Positions 1 through 6,755 of a stretch of DNA of 64,000 bases are shown here, one piece after another (positions within the stretch are counted from its first letter, which is position 1; every line of letters starts with the position of its first letter). The notes below the pieces were generated by a model. The model made no database searches, had not been told where the DNA came from, and saw only the letters and a program-made list of their open reading frames with translations. The position numbers and the translations under genes were made by a program. The stretch lies in IMG/VR virus record IMGVR_UViG_3300045592_000030. The stretch is one strand, 5' to 3'. The stretch comes from a virus.

Positions 1-166
1 ACGCCCTTTGCGGATAATCTCCCACGGGGCGCAATACGGGGCGCGTGGCTGCATTGATACGCCCTTTGCGGATAATCTCCCACCAGGGGCGCAATACGGG
101 GCGCGTGGCTGCATTGATACGCCCTTTGCGGATAATCTCCCACCAGGGGCGCAATACGGGGCGCGT
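1..166. repeat. Tandem GC-rich ~60-bp repeat, about 2.8 copies, array cut by window start
   Basis: Unit acgccctttgcggataatctcccac(ca)ggggcgcaatacggggcgcgtggctgcattgat starts at 1, 59 and 119. Copy 1 lacks 2 nt. Copy 3 diverges near 166 into inverted repeats (caatacggg...cccgtattg) ending at 186. Confidence 0.9.
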
Positions 167-186
167 ATTGCGTCCCGTATTGATTA

Positions 187-1032
187 TTATTTGCGATTGG
201 CAAAACATGTATCTAAAATTTCTTGTGAAGAAATTCCTAAAATATCGGTTAATGAAACAATCGTATCACATTTTACACCGGCTTTTTGAAGCCCGGTTTT
301 TATTGTTTCATTGTCGTTTTTTGTCGTTAGGTATCCGTAACAATGTGGCCAATCTTTATATGTTACGCCGGACGTTTCAAGCGCGCGGAACATGTGCCGG
401 CGCAAAAAAGACGGGTTAACCAGGGGGTATGCAATTTTCTTTTTATCAAAAAAAGTTGCACTATCTTTTATTTTTACCGCGCAAATGAAATACTCATCAT
501 TCACGTGGGACGATTGCCCGGTGTACAAATTAACCCGGTACCCCTTACTTTCAAGTGCTAATAAAGCATTCACAAAAGCGGCGTTTGTCTGGATGATAAC
601 CTTTGCTTTTGTTTGATAGCAAACCGATAGATTAAAAAACACATTGATAACCTTTGAAGTCTTGAAAATCTTGCGACGTACATTTATCATGTTATCCGGC
701 GCGCCCTGGAGGTATCTTGCGACATTGGGACAAAAGCCCACAATGCTGTTATATCTTTGTACACGGGGCGCGGATCCTATACTTTTCACGGTACCGACAT
801 TTAACCCGGCGGCGGATAATTTTTTCATGTTATCCGTATCACCTAATTTTAATAGGTTTTGTGCGTGCGTGAAATTTTCAGTACTTGAAAACTTTGTATA
901 GTATTTGCTTTCATGCAAAGAAGCCTCCACGCCCTGAAATAAGGGGTTAACTTCTTTGTCTTTTATGCTATTCACAAATTCAGTAACTGAATTATAAGAA
1001 TAAGCAAAAATCTTTTCTTTCGTTGTTTTCAT
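187..1032 (-). CDS. Hypothetical protein, co-transcribed partner of the AAA ATPase
   Basis: ORF 187..1092. The first ATG after the conserved leader is at 1032 (MKTTKEK). No family recognised by eye. Confidence 0.6.
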   Translation of the reverse strand: MKTTKEKIFAYSYNSVTEFVNSIKDKEVNPLFQGVEASLHESKYYTKFSSTENFTHAQNLLKLGDTDNMKKLSAAGLNVGTVKSIGSAPRVQRYNSIVGFCPNVARYLQGAPDNMINVRRKIFKTSKVINVFFNLSVCYQTKAKVIIQTNAAFVNALLALESKGYRVNLYTGQSSHVNDEYFICAVKIKDSATFFDKKKIAYPLVNPSFLRRHMFRALETSGVTYKDWPHCYGYLTTKNDNETIKTGLQKAGVKCDTIVSLTDILGISSQEILDTCFANRK

Positions 1033-1080
1033 TGTCTTTTGCTTTTTGCCGTCCCAGGCGGGCGGGGGCGGCGTTAAACA
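1033..1080 (-). promoter_or_regulatory. Conserved GC-rich 5' leader motif, copy 1
   Basis: mRNA sense GTTTAAC..CCGCC..CCTGGGACGGCA.AAA.CAAAAG..ATG. The same motif precedes the next gene upstream (2484-2530). Confidence 0.4.
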
Positions 1081-1082
1081 TG

Positions 1083-2483
1083 TTAAGCGCAAAATTTGTA
1101 CATCATCTCTGCAAAACGGTTTTCTTTGTGCTGGAGCCCGTTGTATAAGATGTTTATTTCATCGGTCTGCATACCTTTTAATACAGCCATCTGGAGCAAA
1201 TCGTCTTTGAAAACATCAAAAACTTTAGGATCCGACAATTTGCGCAACTTTGAGATTGCACGATAACCGAGTATCATGTCCACACCGGCGGCGGCTGCAC
1301 TTTGCCGCAAATCGTGAATGAAGTCTAAAACCGACTTATCACCGTTTGCGCAAACTTTCTCTATCTCTGAATCATAATCTATAAAGATAGGATCGAAGCG
1401 GTCAATCGTGGCTTTATCCATTTGATAACGGGTGATATACTGTAAATCTGCACCCTGGAGGGCCGTGTTACCCGTGCCAATGATACGAAAGTTTTCATTA
1501 GCTTTTATAGTTTCCCCGGCAAAGTTATAATAACCGTTTGCAAGTGCTTGATTCAAGTTAGTAAGTACTTCAGGAAGACACGCGTCCATTTCATCAAGAA
1601 GATAAAGCCCGCCAAACTTAAACGCTTTATAAAACGGCGTTTCCTGGTATTCACCGGCGGCGGATTTGAAGCCGGACAAAGTGAATGTTTCAGTTATGCA
1701 AGACTGCATGTAAAAATCAAGTCCCAGAGCGGCGGCGGCTTGCCGGGCAATTTCAGATTTGCCGGATCCGGCGGGGCCGTATAAATACGGGAATTCATTC
1801 ATAGAAATTGCTTGCACAATTTCGTTAAACTTTGCATGATAGTGCTCGCCGGTGGTGGTGTGTGTGGTACCGTCCACGCGCACAATTTTATATTCATGCA
1901 CCACCGGCGCGGCGTTCATGATAGGCGCGAGCATTTTCTTCACTTGTGCCATAACGTTTGCGGTAACTTGTGAAGTCACACCACCAAACAAACCGGCGAG
2001 GGCCGTTGTTGCCGCGTCCATAGTTGGCTCGGCGGGCTCGGCGGGCGTGCTTACTTCTTCATTCGTGGACGTTGCAGCCGGGGCGGGAGTGCTTACTTCT
2101 TCATTCGTGGACGTTGCAGCCGGGGCGGGAGTGTTTTCCTTTGCAGCGCGGCGGGCGGCGGCGTGCTCCTCCACCTTTGCGCGAATTTCAGCGTACCGAG
2201 GCTCGCCCTCAAATGTGATTTCAGTCACAAAGTTTTCAGTATCAAAAGCGCCGTTAATAAGACGTACAATAGTATCTTTGTCGTTTGTATCATCGTCCGT
2301 AGTACCAATCACGCGGCCAAATTTCCACCCGTGCATGTGGCCCTCGCCTGGATTGGTCCCGTCCCACTTTTTGCAGTGGGACATCAAATAGACGTTACCG
2401 GCGCAAAGTAAGATTGCGCTCTTTGTCCCGTTAACATAAGTGTTAACGATTGGATCACCTTTTTTAATTTGGTACTGTATCAT
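1083..2483 (-). CDS. AAA+ ATPase (MoxR/CobS-like AAA_5 core) with N-terminal extra domain
   Basis: Walker A GPAGSGKS and Walker B LYLLDEMD. Start moved to ATG 2483 (MIQYQIKK), because the longer track ORF reads through the promoter -7 box. Confidence 0.75.
   Translation of the reverse strand: MIQYQIKKGDPIVNTYVNGTKSAILLCAGNVYLMSHCKKWDGTNPGEGHMHGWKFGRVIGTTDDDTNDKDTIVRLINGAFDTENFVTEITFEGEPRYAEIRAKVEEHAAARRAAKENTPAPAATSTNEEVSTPAPAATSTNEEVSTPAEPAEPTMDAATTALAGLFGGVTSQVTANVMAQVKKMLAPIMNAAPVVHEYKIVRVDGTTHTTTGEHYHAKFNEIVQAISMNEFPYLYGPAGSGKSEIARQAAAALGLDFYMQSCITETFTLSGFKSAAGEYQETPFYKAFKFGGLYLLDEMDACLPEVLTNLNQALANGYYNFAGETIKANENFRIIGTGNTALQGADLQYITRYQMDKATIDRFDPIFIDYDSEIEKVCANGDKSVLDFIHDLRQSAAAAGVDMILGYRAISKLRKLSDPKVFDVFKDDLLQMAVLKGMQTDEINILYNGLQHKENRFAEMMYKFCA
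2047..2130. repeat. Perfect 42-bp tandem duplication inside the ATPase linker
   Basis: gtgcttacttcttcattcgtggacgttgcagccggggcggga occurs twice back to back and encodes TPAPAATSTNEEVS x2. Confidence 0.9.
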
Positions 2484-2530
2484 TGCTTTTTGTTTTGTGC
2501 CGTCCCAGGGGCGGCGGGTTAAACTTTTAT
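2484..2530 (-). promoter_or_regulatory. Conserved GC-rich 5' leader motif, copy 2
   Basis: Shares tgccgtcccagg, ggcgg and gttaaac blocks with 1033-1080 at the same distance from the ATG. Confidence 0.4.
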
Positions 2531-2550
2531 TTGTTTCTTGTTTACGTGTG

Positions 2551-2581
2551 CAAAGGTACAAAGAATATTTGAAACAACAAA
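2551..2581 (-). promoter_or_regulatory. Host-type promoter (TTTG-N19-TACCTTTG) for the ATPase operon
   Basis: Minus strand reads TTTG ttgtttcaaatattctttg TACCTTTG. This fits the Bacteroides -33 TTTG / -7 TAnnTTTG consensus with a 19-nt spacer. Confidence 0.55.
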
Positions 2582-2654
2582 ATATTTTCTATCTTTTTTT
2601 TCGTTTTCTGCAAAAAAAATCTTTTCGCCCCGGTTTTTGCGTGCTTATACATTA

Positions 2655-2685
2655 TTATATATATTATAAATTATATATATTATAA
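2655..2685. repeat. AT-only 15-bp direct repeat x2
   Basis: ttatatatattataa at 2655-2669 and 2671-2685, abutting the GC-rich island. Confidence 0.9.
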
Positions 2686-2840
2686 GGACCGCCACGGACA
2701 CGCGCCGCCCTGGATCCCCCTCCGGCGGTACTCGGTACCGCTCACCCCGTCCCAGAGCACCCCGAGCGCATATACCCCCGGCGCGCTGCGCCGGGGGCGC
2801 GACCAACGCGCCCAGTGTGGCGGTGGGTCTCGCGTGCGAA
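2686..2840. other. GC-rich, highly self-complementary non-coding island (candidate ori element or structured RNA)
   Basis: Perfect 10-bp stem cccccggcgc/gcgccggggg (2775-2797). Also ggtac-tcg-gtacc, gcgcg-accaa-cgcgc, and long-range ccgccac...gtggcgg. No plausible ORF. Confidence 0.4.
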
Positions 2841-2879
2841 AAATGGCTTTTTTCGGCAAAGTTTGCCAAAAAGCCATTT
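2841..2879. repeat. Near-perfect 39-bp palindrome
   Basis: aaatggcttttt..ggcaaagtttgcc..aaaaagccattt. Further hairpins at 2916-2941 and 2978-3010. Confidence 0.8.
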
Positions 2880-3114
2880 GATAGTCAGCAACTTACGAAC
2901 TTTCGTCGGCTTAATGTTTCACGAAAAAGCAAGCGTGAAACCACAAAAATCAGCCTTTTTAAGCCAAATATATAGGGGCTGAAAAAGCGTTTAGAAAACG
3001 TCTTTTCAGCTTCAAGACAACCATTCTAAGCTACAATATCCATCCAAAAAAAGCGATTTCTTTCTTTTTCTCCACTATTAAGCCGCAAGTTTACCACTAT
3101 TCCACTGCAAACTT

Positions 3115-3156
3115 CCTATTTTGTGGAACATTGAGCATTGCAGTGGAATACATGAA
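3115..3156 (+). promoter_or_regulatory. Conserved upstream regulatory element, copy A
   Basis: cctattttgtggaacattgagcattgcagtggaatac matches the minus strand of 50975-51010 apart from two substitutions and a 2-nt indel. It has the same orientation relative to its downstream genes. Confidence 0.45.
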
Positions 3157-3243
3157 GTATTTTACGGCCGGCGGCACCACCCCGCATCCATAAGCCGCAA
3201 GCACACACACGCTATATATAAAATAGGTGTGGAAGACGTTTTC

Positions 3244-3294
3244 AGGCGGATAGTGAACCAAAAATTCGTTATCCGCCTATTATTTTGTGATTTT
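3244..3294 (+). terminator. Intrinsic terminator-like hairpin in the leader upstream of the methylase operon
   Basis: 9-bp stem aggcggata/tatccgcct followed by attattttgtgatttt. Confidence 0.5.
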
Positions 3295-3340
3295 AACAAA
3301 TTTATTTTGTGAAAATGGATATTATATCAAATATATTGTT

Positions 3341-3348
3341 TACCTTTG
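3341..3348 (+). promoter_or_regulatory. -7 box TACCTTTG of the plus-strand operon promoter
   Basis: Perfect TAnnTTTG 26 nt before ATG 3374. The flanking ~55 nt are homologous to the promoter at 50734-50775. Confidence 0.5.
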
Positions 3349-3373
3349 CGGACGTAATATTGAAAACAAGCAA

Positions 3374-4099
3374 ATGACAGAACAGACAGAACGTCCACAA
3401 AGCAAGGTTATCCTCGGCGACTGTGTGCAATATATGCACACACTGGACGACAACAGCTTTGACCTGGCCATTGTGGATCCGCCCTATGGAGACGCTGCCG
3501 GGCAATATCAGCGTGGAACGCGCTTTGGTGGTCGTTTCTGCCGTTACTTCGAGAAGAATGTCAAGGCGGGCATCACCACCGACAACGCCAACCGCAAGGA
3601 CGCGCCGACGTGGGACATGGCACCGACGGAGGAATATTTCGACGAGCTGCGGCGTGTATCACGCAATCAGATTATATGGGGTGCCAACTACTTCAACATG
3701 CCGCCTACGCGATGCTTCGTGATATGGAACAAAATGCTGCCGGAGCAATTCTCTATGGCCATGTGCGAGTATGCGTGGACATCGTTTGACCGATCGGCTA
3801 AGCTTTTCTCCATGCAGCCGATGCGCAATGAGCACAGCGGACGTTTCCATCCTACGGAGAAGCCCATCGAGCTCTACGCGTGGCTCATCCACATGTTTGC
3901 CAGCGACGGCGATACCATCCTTGACACGCACATGGGTTCACAAAGCTCACGCATTGCAGCTTATCTCACGGGCCACGACTACACCGGCTGCGAAATAGAC
4001 CCGTGGTATTTCAAGAAAGGCAATGAGCGGTTCGACCGCGAATGCCACGGTATCATCAAGGACAACGGAACGACCATCAAACAAGAAAGTATTTTTTAA
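3374..4099 (+). CDS. DNA methyltransferase, beta-class N6A/N4C type
   Basis: AIVDPPYG near the N-terminus and FHPTEKP...ILDTHMGSQSS near the C-terminus. Start at ATG 3374 (MTEQTERP). Confidence 0.75.
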   Translation: MTEQTERPQSKVILGDCVQYMHTLDDNSFDLAIVDPPYGDAAGQYQRGTRFGGRFCRYFEKNVKAGITTDNANRKDAPTWDMAPTEEYFDELRRVSRNQIIWGANYFNMPPTRCFVIWNKMLPEQFSMAMCEYAWTSFDRSAKLFSMQPMRNEHSGRFHPTEKPIELYAWLIHMFASDGDTILDTHMGSQSSRIAAYLTGHDYTGCEIDPWYFKKGNERFDRECHGIIKDNGTTIKQESIF

Positions 4100-4138
4100 T
4101 TTATAAGATTATGACAGACGAACAAAGGAAACACATTG

Positions 4139-4408
4139 ATGATTGATGAATGTGCCAAAACAGCGACAAGGAACGCGGAACAATCCATTAAGGGACTGAT
4201 TAGCGAGCTTGGCGACCTTATCGAGGAAAACCCAAACGACGAAAAATTAAACTTTCACGCGCAACTGAGTGTGCTGACCGCATGCTCTATGATACTGATG
4301 CGCGGACTTATCGCCGTGGACTTGGAGAAAGACGATCTGCTGAAACTTTCCGGAAAGACATGGGAGGCAGTTCAGGAAATCAAGCAAAAAAACGATGCCG
4401 ATGCTTGA
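4139..4408 (+). CDS. Hypothetical small protein
   Basis: Track ORF 4136..4408 starts at TTG. The first ATG is at 4139. Confidence 0.5.
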   Translation: MIDECAKTATRNAEQSIKGLISELGDLIEENPNDEKLNFHAQLSVLTACSMILMRGLIAVDLEKDDLLKLSGKTWEAVQEIKQKNDADA

Positions 4409-4530
4409 CGGCTCGTTCTTTTTCGCGCTAATACTTATCGGGATTGCAGCCTACGCCATCACGGTATAGCTGTTCCCGTTTGATGATGAGAAGTAAATTT
4501 CACCAACAACTTATTTTTTCACAAAACACT

Positions 4531-4839
4531 ATGGCAGACGAAAAAACAAAGAAGGACGCAATGTCCGAATATGAAATGGTAAAGAAAGTGCTGGAAGCAC
4601 TTCACGACACCAAAGTGGCAAAAGGGACAAAGGTAATCATCGAGTGCACCAATGATGAAGGAGGCAGTGAAAAAATGAGCTTACACAAAATCATACATGG
4701 AACACCCTTCCAGCTTATCAAGATGCTGCATGCCGCGATGTGTGTTTACCCCGATTTCAAAAAACTCATCATTGCAACAGCACAACTCAGTGAAGTTGTA
4801 GTGTCTCATGTAGAAACACAAGAAAAAACAAACGAATAA
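4531..4839 (+). CDS. Hypothetical protein
   Basis: ORF 4444..4839. Likely start is ATG 4531 (MADEKTKKD). Confidence 0.5.
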   Translation: MADEKTKKDAMSEYEMVKKVLEALHDTKVAKGTKVIIECTNDEGGSEKMSLHKIIHGTPFQLIKMLHAAMCVYPDFKKLIIATAQLSEVVVSHVETQEKTNE

Positions 4840-4916
4840 GAAAATTAGCTTCGTTCAGAAATATTTGGTGGGGTTTGTGCTATCTGTTCCCTAATACGGG
4901 CATTTTAGACAAAAAT

Positions 4917-5102
4917 ATGAGTAAAGACGCAATCATTATAGCCATTGAGCTATTCCTTATCGTATGTGTGTATTTGTTTATCAGCCATACCACCATCAAT
5001 AAGACATTCCCGTACATTCATGTGCAATATCCGCTTCGCGGCCTTATTATCTTCATCGGCTGCACAATAGTTGGAATATTAGCCATGCACATCAAGCACT
5101 AA
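4917..5102 (+). CDS. Small membrane protein (two hydrophobic helices)
   Basis: ORF 4875..5102 with ATG at 4917 (MSKDAIIIAIELFLIV...). Confidence 0.45.
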   Translation: MSKDAIIIAIELFLIVCVYLFISHTTINKTFPYIHVQYPLRGLIIFIGCTIVGILAMHIKH

Positions 5103-5103
5103 G

Positions 5104-5160
5104 CACAACGTCCGCACCATCAAAATTGACGATGCGGACGTTGTGTTTGTGTTGTTGTTT
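5104..5160 (+). terminator. Intrinsic terminator at the convergence point of plus and minus operons
   Basis: 13-bp stem cacaacgtccgca/tgcggacgttgtg followed by tttgtgttgttgttt. Confidence 0.7.
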
Positions 5161-5608
5161 ACTTGATCGTGATAAAGACATCGCTACCGCGCATAAAATC
5201 CGCGTTGAGCTTTCGCAAGAGGATGTCGAACCAATAGCGCGAGTTGTTCACTCGTCCTTTGGCTGTGTTCTCACCCACAAGGATGCAGCCATCGGTGTCA
5301 GCTTCCGTATTGCCAGGATGAATGCGCACACCCGAATAGCCGGGAACATTGTTCAACAAAGGAAGGTCGCACTTGAAACGCGGCGAATAGGTGATTGTCA
5401 CCTGATAGCGGCCAGTGGGAATGGCCGTTACATGCGGCTGCTTCATAAACATAATCTCATTGAGCGACATCTTCGAGTCAAGGCCGCGGTCGGTGTCCTC
5501 TAATGTACAGCAATAATGCTTGCCGTCGCCCAGCCGCTTGCCGTCGATGCTCAGCGTGCCGATGGTATAGCCATCGCACTTCCATTTTCTTTCAAGTAGT
5601 ATTTCCAT
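5159..5608 (-). CDS. DUF5675-like protein, putative cell-wall peptidase of the lysis cassette
   Basis: IHPGNTEADTDGCILVG His/Cys motif, positioned after the holin and wall-hydrolase genes. Function is inferred. Confidence 0.5.
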   Translation of the reverse strand: MEILLERKWKCDGYTIGTLSIDGKRLGDGKHYCCTLEDTDRGLDSKMSLNEIMFMKQPHVTAIPTGRYQVTITYSPRFKCDLPLLNNVPGYSGVRIHPGNTEADTDGCILVGENTAKGRVNNSRYWFDILLRKLNADFMRGSDVFITIK

Positions 5609-5614
5609 CTTTTG

Positions 5615-6013
5615 TTATTCTTTAGCTAACTTCCAACCCTGCTTTACATCATCAATATCAGCCGATACGCCATTCTCCACATAGCTCATGGCGGCAACGA
5701 CAGCGCATATCTCGCCTTCCGACCATGCCAGCTTTCGCCCACGTGCTATGCAGGTGCGTTGGCTCACCGTAGCGATATACCGCTCGGTGTTGTTCTCATT
5801 GTTCGGTGCCCATCGTGAAATGATCTTGCCGATGGTGTTGCAGCCGTAAGCGTGATAATACTTATAGAGGATTTTGATGGCTGCACGATAGCCGTAAGCC
5901 ATCGACTGAAAAGTTTCAAACGACGGGTCGGATCCTTTTATCTCGCCCTTCCAGTCATTGCCCTTGCGAATGTTCAAGGGGTTGTTGTTGCGTAATCCGC
6001 GTGTCAGTGCCAT
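5615..6013 (-). CDS. Putative endolysin / wall-degrading protein (NNP-x-NIR motif family)
   Basis: N-terminal RNNNPLNIRKG motif. Lies immediately downstream of the holin. Confidence 0.5.
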   Translation of the reverse strand: MALTRGLRNNNPLNIRKGNDWKGEIKGSDPSFETFQSMAYGYRAAIKILYKYYHAYGCNTIGKIISRWAPNNENNTERYIATVSQRTCIARGRKLAWSEGEICAVVAAMSYVENGVSADIDDVKQGWKLAKE

Positions 6014-6016
6014 AGG

Positions 6017-6586
6017 TCAGTCTTTCTTGGAATGTTTTATCGATTGTTGCGGTTCCTCCGTGTTAGAACCATAGCGATGATGCTGTCGTTTCTCCCACCG
6101 ATCGCGCTCACGCTGGCGCATCTGCTCCAATCCGGCATCATCAACGAGCATGGATGATTCCGCATCAGAAGCGTGGAGCAAACGAGAGGAAAAGAAAAGT
6201 ACAATACCTTTAGGGGTAATATCAATGCCGTAAGGTTTAAGGATGTTGGAAAGAATGCTGCCACCCTCCAGCGCACAGATGAACAGACAGCCCCACGTGG
6301 CGACATTATAACTATGTCCGCTTGCCGCGTCGATCATCGCCACCATCAGCACGAAAGCCACATACGTTATCATCTTACCCATCGTCTCGCGGAAAGCCAT
6401 CGACCACGATACATGAATGCCGAGTTTCAGACTCTTGCGGATGCCCGCTATCAGGTCGCATAGCACTACACTCAACATCACCATAATCCATGGCAACATC
6501 GTGCGGAACGTGTCATGCAAAAAAACTGCCGCCATCGGTACAAACAATCCGCTGGCTGTATTTGTAGCTGTTTGTGGTATCTTCAT
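6017..6586 (-). CDS. Phage holin family protein
   Basis: Several hydrophobic helices and an EGGSILSN motif like the Phage_holin_4_1 family. First gene after late promoter copy 1. Confidence 0.6.
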   Translation of the reverse strand: MKIPQTATNTASGLFVPMAAVFLHDTFRTMLPWIMVMLSVVLCDLIAGIRKSLKLGIHVSWSMAFRETMGKMITYVAFVLMVAMIDAASGHSYNVATWGCLFICALEGGSILSNILKPYGIDITPKGIVLFFSSRLLHASDAESSMLVDDAGLEQMRQRERDRWEKRQHHRYGSNTEEPQQSIKHSKKD

Positions 6587-6628
6587 CTTTTCTTTTCCTT
6601 AAACATTGATACTTTAATTTTTCTATCT

Positions 6629-6663
6629 CAAAGATAAGAAAAGCCCCGCCGGGCTTAGGGACA
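6629..6663 (-). promoter_or_regulatory. Late-promoter-like motif copy 1 (TGTCCCTAA-N18-TATCTTTG)
   Basis: Plus-strand ttagggaca 6655-6663 and caaagata 6629-6636, with an exact 18-nt spacer. Lies 43 nt upstream of the holin ATG. Confidence 0.6.
6631..6656 (-). terminator. Intrinsic terminator after the fibre gene, embedded in the promoter spacer
   Basis: Minus strand AAGCCC-GGCG-GGGCTT followed by TTCTTATCTTT. Confidence 0.55.
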
Positions 6664-6755
6664 CCGACGGGGCAAACATAAAAGAAAACATACGGACAGA
6701 ACGCCCTATCCGTTCTCGATAATATCCACTATCTGACATTTATTTAATTAACAAT

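Noticed and set aside
1-166. Possible CRISPR array.
   Set aside because: The repeats are directly abutting with no unique spacers, the unit is about 60 bp, and no cas genes are nearby.
8-419. Track ORFs 8..289 and 45..419 with repeated GAQYGARGCIDTPFADNLPP peptides.
   Set aside because: They simply translate the 60-bp tandem DNA repeat. They have no start context and overlap the 3' end of a convincing minus-strand gene.
2484-2561. N-terminal extensions beginning MYLC... on track ORFs 1083..2561 and 30707..32158, and similar upstream extensions at 187..1092 and 34439..36337.
   Set aside because: The MYLC extensions come from a TTG start read straight through the TA(C/T)CTTTG -7 promoter box. 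The other extensions cover leader or promoter DNA. Internal ATGs with better context were used instead.
2645-2877. Track ORFs 2645..2869 and 2680..2877 in the GC-rich island.
   Set aside because: The Arg/Pro/Gly-dominated translations are produced by GC-rich palindromic DNA, and there is no plausible start context. Treated as non-coding structure.
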